NCBI RefSeq assembly: GCF_009914755.1
Contig: NC_060926.1
Origin: the human T2T-CHM13v2.0 reference genome, Homo sapiens
Strand: one strand, 5' to 3'
DNA: 64,000 nt
In this document: piece after piece, positions 24,701 to 33,327 of the stretch
How positions within the stretch are numbered: position 1 is the stretch's first letter
Layout: each line of letters starts with the position of its first letter
Position numbers and translations under genes: made by a program
Notes under the pieces: model-generated
Seen by the model: only the letters and a program-made list of their open reading frames with translations
Told to the model about the DNA's origin: nothing
The model's database searches: none

Positions 24701-26456
24701 AGGCTGGAGTGCAGTGGCGCGATCTCGGCTCACTGCAAGCTCCGCCTCCCAGGTTCACCCATTCTCCTGCCTCCGCCTCCCGAGTAGCTGGGACTACAGG
24801 CGCCCGCCACCACGCCCAGCTAATTTTTTGTATTTTTAGTAGAGACAGGGGTTTCACCGTGTTAGCCATGATGGTCTTGATCTCCTGACCTCGTGATCCA
24901 CCCACCTCGGCCTCCCAAAGTGCTGGGATTACAGGCGTGAGCCAATGTGTCTGCCCCCCCCCCCGCCCCTCCTTCTCTTGTTCAGGGTGATAAGGCCAAG
25001 TTGATTGGTCCAGTGGGTCCATGTCGCCTCCCCCCAGGCCTCTCCATCCTCACGGGGGCTGTCTGAGGGTCAGGCAGATCTGTGTCACCTCTTCCAGGCC
25101 TGTCCATCCTCACGGGGGCTGTCTGAGGGTCAGGCGGGTCTGTGTCACCTCCTCCAGGCCTGTCCATCGTCATGGGGGCTGTGCTGCGTCGGATCCCATT
25201 GGCTGTGCTCTTTGGGATCTTCCTGTACATGGGGGTCACGTCCCTGTCTGGTATCCAGCTGTCCCAGCGTCTGTTGCTCATCCTCATGCCGGCAAAACAC
25301 CATCCTGAGCAGCCCTATGTGACCAAGGTAGGGCCGGGAAGCATGGGGGTAGGGCAGTGGGGTGACGGGAAGGGGATCCAGAGGGATCTGGGAGCATTGA
25401 TGGATGGGATGAATATGAAGGAGAAGCTGTGACCTGGGAGCCAAATTCCCCACGATGTGGGTGGGTGGGAGCAGGCCGGGACGCTGTGCACTGGGGCCCA
25501 CTGGCTGCTCCCCTAGGTGAAGACGTGGCGGATGCATCTGTTCACCTGCATCCAGCTGGGCTGCATCGCACTGCTCTGGGTGGTCAAGTCCACGGCGGCC
25601 TCACTCGCCTTTCCCTTCCTGCTGCTGCTCACGGTGCCTCTGAGGCATTGCCTTCTGCCCCGGCTCTTCCAGGACAGGGAGCTGCAGGCGGTAAGGGGGT
25701 GGTGGTCTGGGGAAACAGTGTTAGGGCAAATGGGCACTGGGTTCCAATCTCTGTTTGGCCACCCACTAGTTGTGTTAGTTGTGAAACTTGTGTAACTTGT
25801 GTTGCAAGTTATCTCACCTTCCGAAATCTTATTTTCACCTGTATAATAGGGGTGATCATAGACCCTACCTTATAGGACTGTTGGGAGGGTCAAGTGCTAG
25901 TCCAGGTAAAGGCCTTAGGATGGTGGTTTTGTAAGGGAGTTGGCACGGGGCTGCTGCACACAGCTGTGCAGGTGGTGCCTGACCAAAAACACCCGGCTGA
26001 GAGGCTACAGGGTTGATGTGGCACTGGTGTCCACCCTGAGCCCTGTTTTTGTCAACTAGAGGAAAAGACATCTTTTTGCAATTTATCCATACTCAAACAT
26101 GGTGTACAAAGGTACCATAGCAACTAGAAGTGGCCTCAGGAAAGAGCTTCATAATAATAATCATTATTATTATCACCAGGAGGGGCCAGGTATCTGGTCT
26201 GGGAGGTGACCTGAAGGCTTTGGCCAAGGGCAGTGCTGCCACCCAGGGTCATGGTACTTGCAGAGAGGCCCAGGAAAGGTCAGGGAGCAGGGAGGGCTGC
26301 AGGTTGGAGGAGGAGCTGGAGAATGGGAGGGGACGAGCATGCTTCCCTGCCTTCCCCAACCTTCTGTTCCCTCTGCAGCTGGACTCGGAAGATGCTGAAC
26401 CAAACTTCGATGAGGATGGCCAGGATGAGTACAATGAGCTGCACATGCCAGTGTGA
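12722..26456 (+). CDS. SLC4A3: SLC4A3 anion exchanger 3 (AE3), spliced CDS of 22 coding exons, 1232 aa
   Basis: All exons have GT-AG ends and compatible phases, total 3699 nt; SLC4 motifs [36 protein letters not shown]; ends [10 protein letters not shown]. Confidence 0.98.
13134..13299 (+). CDS. SLC4A3: SLC4A3 exon 3
   Basis: VRVPLEEPP...SERDFE; donor T|GTGGGT. Confidence 0.93.
13873..14150 (+). CDS. SLC4A3: SLC4A3 exon 4 (His-rich segment and poly-Glu tract)
   Basis: [11 protein letters not shown]...E10...TPQKAK; donor AAG|GTAGGG. Confidence 0.95.
14309..14424 (+). CDS. SLC4A3: SLC4A3 exon 5
   Basis: [10 protein letters not shown]...QHSS; donor CAG|GTACTG. Confidence 0.95.
14881..15080 (+). 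CDS. SLC4A3: SLC4A3 exon 6 (alternative acceptor at 14800 adds 27 aa)
   Basis: SPSPRAR...YDLRER...ADLDDMK; donor A|GTGAGT. Confidence 0.95.
15280..15680. promoter_or_regulatory. SLC4A3: Candidate cardiac (cAE3) internal promoter/enhancer
   Basis: T-box TGACACCT 15284-15291, AP-1 15318-15324, M-CAT CATTCCT 15534-15540, GATA CTTATC 15546-15551, CACCTGTCA 15571-15579, upstream of the cAE3 exon. Confidence 0.5.
15967..16183 (+). CDS. SLC4A3: Cardiac AE3 (cAE3)-specific first coding exon in intron 6
   Basis: [17 protein letters not shown]...GPMAGPPT, 72 codons plus 1 nt; donor T|GTGAGT is phase 1, matching exon 7; fits the known 73-aa cAE3 N-terminus; possible acceptor at 15912. Confidence 0.88.
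16696..16844 (+). CDS. SLC4A3: SLC4A3 exon 7
   Basis: [14 protein letters not shown]...[13 protein letters not shown]. Confidence 0.95.
16990..17170 (+). CDS. SLC4A3: SLC4A3 exon 8
   Basis: VFVELNEL...[13 protein letters not shown]...RRTIAH. Confidence 0.97.
17602..17737 (+). CDS. SLC4A3: SLC4A3 exon 9
   Basis: [16 protein letters not shown]...LLLKH. Confidence 0.95.
18002..18185 (+). CDS. SLC4A3: SLC4A3 exon 10
   Basis: [14 protein letters not shown]...PDAKE. Confidence 0.95.
18608..18707 (+). CDS. SLC4A3: SLC4A3 exon 11
   Basis: KPLHMPGG...[12 protein letters not shown]. Confidence 0.95.
19148..19332 (+). CDS. SLC4A3: SLC4A3 exon 12
   Basis: CVPFLEQP...[11 protein letters not shown]...ATLMSDK. 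Confidence 0.96.
19999..20224 (+). CDS. SLC4A3: SLC4A3 exon 13
   Basis: [12 protein letters not shown]...[10 protein letters not shown]...APGK. Confidence 0.95.
20401..20619 (+). CDS. SLC4A3: SLC4A3 exon 14
   Basis: LSLELGG...DDPLLRTG...[10 protein letters not shown]. Confidence 0.96.
21030..21178 (+). CDS. SLC4A3: SLC4A3 exon 15
   Basis: [12 protein letters not shown]...[21 protein letters not shown]. Confidence 0.96.
21207..21290 (+). repeat. Perfect 28-bp tandem repeat x3 (CATCCTGCCCCACACTCTTCCTTACCTA) in intron 15
   Basis: Identical copies start at 21207, 21235 and 21263. Confidence 0.95.
21408..21602 (+). CDS. SLC4A3: SLC4A3 exon 16
   Basis: FCRAQDLEY...ISPFTQEIF...YKLYK. Confidence 0.96.
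21922..22171 (+). repeat. Degenerate (TG)n low-complexity tract, intron 16
   Basis: About 250 nt almost entirely TG/TGT/TATG. Confidence 0.95.
22309..22539 (+). CDS. SLC4A3: SLC4A3 exon 17
   Basis: VFTEHPL...QPNTALLSL...[10 protein letters not shown]. Confidence 0.96.
22892..22981 (+). CDS. SLC4A3: SLC4A3 exon 18
   Basis: [15 protein letters not shown]...DTYTQ. Confidence 0.96.
23431..23597 (+). CDS. SLC4A3: SLC4A3 exon 19
   Basis: KLTVPTGL...[10 protein letters not shown]. Confidence 0.96.
24210..24463 (+). CDS. SLC4A3: SLC4A3 exon 20
   Basis: [19 protein letters not shown]...VREQRVTG...SLV. Confidence 0.96.
24667..24955 (-). mobile_element. AluY in SLC4A3 intron 20 (antisense)
   Basis: Reverse Alu with AluY diagnostic GCAAGCTCCGCCTCC. 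Confidence 0.9.
25016..25182 (+). repeat. 60-bp tandem repeat (about 2.8 copies) spanning the exon-21 splice acceptor
   Basis: Lines 25021, 25081 and 25141 align column by column: TGTC(G/A)CCTC(Y)nCCAG|GCCT(C/G)TCCATC(C/G)TCA(C/T)GGGGGCTGT. Confidence 0.95.
25158..25327 (+). CDS. SLC4A3: SLC4A3 exon 21
   Basis: [25 protein letters not shown]...PYVTK; only the third acceptor copy keeps the frame open. Confidence 0.95.
25517..25690 (+). CDS. SLC4A3: SLC4A3 exon 22
   Basis: [10 protein letters not shown]...DRELQA. Confidence 0.96.
26379..26456 (+). CDS. SLC4A3: SLC4A3 exon 23 coding part
   Basis: [25 protein letters not shown]. Confidence 0.96.
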   Translation: MDSEDAEPNFDEDGQDEYNELHMPV

Positions 26457-26673
26457 CCCTTGAAGACAGTGCCCCTCAGAGACCCCAAGACCTTAGGGAT
26501 TGACACCTGGGCCTCAGGCAGAGCCCAGCCCTGGGCTGGGGGGCTCCTCAGGACCCAGAGATGTGCCTGGAACCACTCCTGATGCCATGGCTAGAGTGGC
26601 CCCCCTGACTTCTGCCCGGGGTGTTGACCTCGCCTCACCTTTCACAGACCAGACCGGCACAGGCTTTGAGCTC

Positions 26674-26679
26674 ATTATA
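26674..26679 (+). terminator. SLC4A3: Candidate non-canonical poly(A) signal of SLC4A3
   Basis: ATTATA followed by GT/T-rich sequence 26690-26735; no AATAAA seen in this stretch. Confidence 0.45.
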
Positions 26680-27017
26680 ACCACACTCCTTGTCTCGTGT
26701 CTGCCTCACTTTCTTGGTTTCATCTTTGGTTTCTCAGGTCATACTTATCCATTTGGAATTGGAAGAATTCTATTTTCAGGGTTATCAAAACCAGGGAGAG
26801 GTTTGAGTCAAGGAGAGTCCTTGGGAGAAAAAGAGAGAATCGAGACTACAGAAGGCCAGAGCTGGGCCTTATCATCATCCCCCAGGCCCCCTCAAGTGCA
26901 GCCGAGGAGCGGGCGGTAGGGGTGGGGGCACTCAAGCTCTGCTCAAGATCACATGCCCATGAATCCAACCCCTGCTTAGCAAGACGGAAGAACCGGGGAG
27001 GGGAGAGGGAGAAAGTT

Positions 27018-27266
27018 GCTCCATTGTAGCTACTGGAGAAATCAGAGGCTGTGGGGCCACAGAGGGAATGGAAAATGTCTCTCTTCTTTTCTTGATCTCT
27101 GGCCTTCCCAGGAGCAGAGATAGCAGCCCAATCCCTTAGACGCCAGGGTGATGCCGGATTTGGGGACCCTGGACCATTTTAGATTCTGCTGGCTTAGAGA
27201 GGCAGTTCTGGGATTCCTGAGGCCACTCCTTGTGCAACAGTCTCAGTTTTGCCAGAAATAACCTGG
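27018..27266 (+). repeat. 249-bp direct duplication, copy 1
   Basis: Aligns without gaps to 29101-29349 with 4 substitutions. Confidence 0.95.
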
Positions 27267-27289
27267 GGGACTTGAGGGGAGCGGGAGCC

Positions 27290-27420
27290 CATTGCGTCAT
27301 AGTTGCTAGGCAACCCCCAGCCTGAAGGAGCGCATCGTCCCCCGTTGCCCTCCGGTGGCCGCTCTCGCATGCTGCAGGCTCTGTCCCGACTGAGGAATAG
27401 CAGCACTGCCACCTGGTGGA
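27290..27420. promoter_or_regulatory. CpG-rich element with an RFX X-box and two minus-strand CTCF motifs
   Basis: ATTGCGTCAT 27291-27300; GTTGCTAGGCAAC 27302-27314; GGCCACCGGAGGGCAA (-) 27345-27360; CCACCAGGTGGCAG (-) 27406-27419. Confidence 0.65.
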
Positions 27421-27619
27421 TCCGCGGCGCTCAGAGAGCCCATTCAAGCGCATCCAGTTCCTCCCGCGGAGACCAAGCCCGGTCAGGCAAGTTCCGTGTT
27501 CTGCAGCTCTGGGCAGCTCAGAGCTTCTGAGGCTGGGGATCCCTCAGCTCCACGTTAGCGGTTTCCTCCGGAGCTGGTGCTGCTGCTTTCTTCTCTTTTT
27601 CCAATTTTGCTCCCCAATG

Positions 27620-28057
27620 TGCTGAACTCCTATGAACTCCAGTGGGGAAGGCACCAGGCTCAAGAGGTGGAAGAAGAGACCCAGACTGGCAAACGAGACA
27701 TGGGGTTTTACTGGGGCTTACATACAGGGGAGAGAGTCCGCTGGTGGTGAGCGGGGGCAGGAGAAACCACAACCGGTTGCAAAAAGCAGTTTCTATAGCA
27801 TTTCCACTTAGCACCTTCACCCTAACAACCTCCACCTGGGGATCTTCATTCAACCCAGACTTGGGCCTGGACCTTTCCCTTTATGGCCCGTGTTCCACAG
27901 CCTGGGGCCTCAGATGTTTCTCATAGACAAGGAAGGACTCTCCAGGTTGGCGACTCCTGGATTCCCTAGCTTGGAAGATACATTCAGGTGTGCCTGCCAC
28001 ACAGGGCCATTCTCAGGCTGTGCTTAAGTTCCTGCGGTCAGGTGCGGTTACCATACA
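27620..28057 (-). mobile_element. Solo ERV LTR (LTR47-like)
   Basis: Minus strand begins TGTATGGTAACCGCACCTGA and ends ...TTCAGCA; resemblance to LTR47 recalled from memory. Confidence 0.55.
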
Positions 28058-29100
28058 CTCCTAGGTGTTCAGGCCAACAGCTGGTGCCCCGAAACTGGTC
28101 AGGAGAGAAGGGACAGGCCACCGTGAGGCTGTTTGTTGTGTTCCTAAGGAAGAGAAGAGCCCTCCAGCTGCCCTGGATTATTGTCCGGGTGTAAGTATTT
28201 TATTCCAGTCCACCTTGGCTCCCTGGGTCTCTGGTGCCATGTGGCCTCTAACTACATTTAGCCTCTCCTTTGTATGTGTATGTGAGGACAAGATTCCTTT
28301 TCCTTTAGATTGGCCAAGGCTGGGTGGAATTTCAAAAGAACTTTGCCAAGGAACAAAGTCAAGGTCAAACGCAAAACCTAGAAGGGACATGTGCAGAGAA
28401 GATTCCAAACAGAGATGTCAGGGGCCTCTCAGACAAGTTTGGTTGAGAGGCTTTGCATATGAGAACGCTGGTTCCTTCCTAGAGTCCTGCTTCTCCTTGC
28501 GGGCCCGGATGCAGGAAAGGCTCCCCTGTTTGGTCTCGGGGATTCCTAGACCCCACAGGAAGGAACTGCACTTTTTCCAGCCCCTGCAAGGAAATGTCTG
28601 TGTGGGCCCAGAAGGTGGATTCCTCATTGGGCACAGTTGGTGTCAGTCATCTCGCGGCTTGGCAAATAGCCGCGAACTGTGGGTGTTCCTCCACGGCAAA
28701 ATGAAAAGAGGGGCGGGGCCTTCTGACAAGGGGAATGAGTCCTGGTCCCGGTTGGTGGGTCAGGGTGGACTCCAGCAAAGCTAGGCCTTGAGGCCTCAGA
28801 GCAGTAGGCGAAAAAGCTTCAGTGACAGCCAGTGATAACCGCTTGTCACCCTGGCAGCCTTACTCATTTAAAGACGACCCATCTATGGCAAGGGAGGGCG
28901 GCCGTAGTTTAGGAAGGGCAGGAGGCGAGGGTTAGCTAACATTCTGAGCTCACCCAACACACCCAGCACACTCAGGGGGACCATGGAGGGTTGAGAAGAC
29001 CCAGGACGCTGCAGCAACCAAAATGGCTGCCAGGGATGGAGACCCAGAGGGATAGGAGAGGAAAGAGAGACCCAGCTTGGGTGTGTGATACAGGGGATGA

Positions 29101-29349
29101 GCTCCATTGTAGCTACTGGAGAAATCAGAGGCTGTGGGGCCACAGAGGGAATGGAAAACGTCTCTCTTCTTTTCTTGATCTCTGGCCTTCCGAGGAGCAG
29201 AGATAGCAGCCCAATCCCTTAGACGCCAGGGTGATGCCGGATTTGGGGACCCTGGACCACTTTAGATTCTGCTGGCTTAGAGAGGCAGTTCTGGGATTCC
29301 CGAGGCCACTCCTTGTGCAACAGTCTCAGTTTTGCCAGAAATAACCTGG
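29101..29349 (+). repeat. 249-bp direct duplication, copy 2
   Basis: 2083 bp downstream of copy 1, about 98% identical. Confidence 0.95.
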
Positions 29350-31277
29350 CGGACAAGATACACGGCAAACCCACAGAAAGGCAACCGGGACTGGCCTGGG
29401 GCCTGGCTGGCCAGAGAGCGTGTCATTTGGGGACATTCAGAGTTTGTCCTGAAGCCCTTTGTAGCCCCGGTGTTTCCTCTGACTTTCTCTTTACCGGGCC
29501 TCTGAGCTTCTCCTCTCGGAGTGCTGGGGCCCTCAACTCAGGCCCTCTTCAAGGTGCAGAGGAGAGTTAGTGGAGGGGAGCCCCAGCCGGCCCTGATGGC
29601 CCAGCTCTGGGGGGTAGGACAGGACAGTTACTAAAAAGGGGACAAAGGCCATTGTATTTTCGAACATCCGGCCTCTCTGCCATCTGCTCTGGACTGGAAG
29701 CGGCTTTGGGAACGTGCACGTGCACCAGCCCTTCAGTAAGGACATCCGGCCTGTCGCTATTTCCCCCGCCCCTTACTGCTTTCCGAGTGGGGTTATGGCC
29801 ACATCTTGGGTAGCTGCCCAAAGCTTTCATTATCCCCGGACAAGTGCAGGCCCACTTCAGGCCCTGAGGAGTGCTAGCTCATTCTTTTACTTTGGGCAAA
29901 GAGGGCGGCTGTCACTTTCTTGTTCATGCTGAGGATTCGGCTCACTCAAGATATCTGATGCCCTTGTGACAGCGTCTGGCTGTCAGAGCTCATAGACCAT
30001 CTGCTGGGACTGCCCTAGGCCCCTCCTTTAGGGCACAGAACGTGGCAATAATGTGTCCCATTTGGCAGCCTGTGTGACATTTCTTCTTGTATCTTATCAG
30101 GTGACTCAAATAATGATCATGCCTGTTGACACTTGGAGCTCTCAAAGGGAATTCTGAGCAGCAAAGGAAAGGTGACACAGAACTCAAGGGCACTGGCGCT
30201 GAGCGCTGCCCATGCAGCTGGCAATTAAGCCATTGCCGAAAACAACAATAAAACAGATTTTGGGCAAGTAGGGAATGGTGGATTGAATCCAGTGTGGCAA
30301 AAAAGGAAATGCAAAGTGAGGAATGTAGTTTCCAGATAAATAAATTATATAATTGTGATTCACCACTTGTGCAAAGAGCAGACTCCAGTGTTTGTAGGAT
30401 TTATGTTCTGGAAGGAAGATTTAATATTTGAGCCTACTGCTGAGATTATTTTTAATTTTGTTGGAACTGTTTCTTTTTACTGAACAATGCTTTATTAAGT
30501 GCTGACTAAGCGGACAGCCACTGGGTTGTTCTCTGGATGGTGGATGAGTCACAGTTGGGTTTGGGAGATGAGGGGAGGAGCAGGGAGCTCTTTAATGCCA
30601 GCAATTCCAGGGACAAGGCTTAGGACCATGGGAGAGGAGGGACAAAGAGGGGGTGGGGCACAGCTGGAGATGAGGAAGGGGCTGAGAGCAAGGGCTCAGA
30701 GCTGGTGGGAAGGTGGGGGTGAGGGGAGCGTGGAGGAGGGTGCAAAACCAGACTTTCATTCGTGAGTCCCTGAGCATCCCCTGCCACGCCTCCTCTCTCA
30801 CTGCACGCCCATTGCGTGTTCTTGTCTGTCTCCCTATAGGCTGTGAGATGGGCAGAGACCTGGCCTGAGTCACCTTTGTACTCGTAATGCCTCCCACAGT
30901 GCCTGGCCACAGGGGTGCATGGAGGGTAAGGGGGTGAGCAGTTGGCAGAGAAAGAAGGACCAAGAGGTCACAGTCTCCACCACATTTAGATCCAGTGAGC
31001 AGTGCGTCCTTGTCTGTGACAACTGGTTATCATAAGAGAGACCATAGCGGTCCTTGCGCTCTAGGGCCACCAGGGAGCTCATGCAGCTTTTCTAGGCTTG
31101 GGAGAGAGAAGGTGGGTTGGGGGAGCTTAGGAAGGACACACTCTCAGGAAGCGGTGTCTCTTCCAGGGACATCCAGCCTAGACTATAAGGTCCGGAGCAG
31201 CTGGTCAGGATATCAGGCTCTTGAGATAGGTGGATTTGTTCTACGAATGTGGCCCACACAGCAAACAATATTTTAAA

Positions 31278-31413
31278 CTTAATTTTTAAAATTATTTTTA
31301 CTTCAATAGGTTTTGGGGAACAGGTGGTGTTTGGTTACATGGATAACTTCTTGAGAGGTGATTCCTGAGCTTTTGGTGCACCCATCACCCGAGCCGTATA
31401 CACTGTACCCAAT
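31278..31413 (-). mobile_element. Short L1 3' fragment (L1PB-like)
   Basis: L1 3' text GGTGTTTGGTTACATG...CACCCATCACCCGAGC; 19-bp TSD CAGCAAACAA(T/C)ATTTTAAA at 31259 and 31414. Confidence 0.75.
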
Positions 31414-31781
31414 CAGCAAACAACATTTTAAAATAACTAAGTTGTGTCAACAAATATAAAGCAGCAAGTCCTCAAAACTACTGAAAAGAGCCCAGAAGTG
31501 GGGAACATTTCTCTGAGATCAGAGGAGTCCTTAGGCAATATTTCCCCAAGTGGGGAAGGATACCAGTAGTGGTGTGTAAGATGATTTTAGGTGTGGTTTT
31601 GATAGTTTAGCTGTCACAGTTATATATTTTCATGTGTTTTAGAAAAAAATACAATGAGTACTTGAGCCCCATAATTTTGCAGACAGTATTGTGTAGGATA
31701 AGTCTAAATACATATGTTAAAACTAGTGAATTGATTTAAAGGAAAAGTACTAACTTTATAACTGTACAGTTAGTAGGCATA

Positions 31782-32515
<734 letters not shown>

Positions 32516-32694
32516 GCATACACAGCAAGAAATTGTGACAATGCCAGGGAAAGGACTAAAATGTCAGAAATCATTGCTTCAAGTCGGAGGATCTTAGCTC
32601 TGGTTAAGCGCTGGAATCACCTGGAGTGTTTCAAAACATATCAGTGTCTGAGCCTCATCTCTACAGGTTCACACTGGCATTAAATTACATTAAT

Positions 32695-32825
32695 TAATTT
32701 TTATTTTTTGTAGAAATAGGGTCTCACTATGTTGTCCAGGCTGGTCTTGAACTGAGCTCAACTGATTCTCCAGCCTTGGCCTCCCAAAGTGCAGGGATTA
32801 CAGGTGTGAGCCACCATGTCAGGCT
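32695..32825 (-). mobile_element. Alu monomer (FLAM-like)
   Basis: Single-arm Alu sequence. Confidence 0.7.
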
Positions 32826-33113
32826 CACATTGGTATTTTATTAAACATTCCCCTCCCCCGACATCCCCTCAAAACCCCAGAGATTCTAATATGGAGTCAG
32901 GTTTAAGAACCATTGTCCTAAACCAATATATTCTTTCCTATGGTTGATTTCCACTACAATTTCCACTGTGGTTGAAAGTTATTTCTTATTATTGCTTCTC
33001 CTTGGTATGAAAATGCAAATACACAGTATGCATATTTATTTTAGAAAGTAAGCTTGAGGGCAGGACCCATGCCTATTTCTATTCTGTTTATCAAGCAACA
33101 GAAAGGGCTGCAC

Positions 33114-33327
33114 ATAAACGCATGGACTTAGGAAGGGGAACAATACACATCAGGGCCTGTTGGGTTGGTGGTGGGTGAGGGGAGGGAGAGCATCAGGACA
33201 AATAGCTAATGCATTAGGTGATGGGTTGATAGGTGCAGCAGACTACCATGACACACGTATACCTATATAACAAACCTGCATGTTCTGCACATGTATTCTG
33301 AAACTTAAAGTTAAAAAAAAAAAAAAA
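33114..33327 (+). mobile_element. Short L1PA-type 3' end with poly-A
   Basis: GATGGGTTGATAGGTGCAGCA...AACCTGCATGTTCTGCACATGTA...AAACTTAAAG-A(n); TSD AGAAAGGGCTG. Confidence 0.8.

Noticed and set aside
21207-25182. Short regular repeats as a possible CRISPR-like array
   Set aside because: Units are contiguous with no unique spacers, lie in vertebrate introns and have no cas genes
28065-28784. 239-aa ORF between the duplicated segments
   Set aside because: GTG start and no transposase, gag, pol or other motif; does not support the direct repeats being LTRs of an element
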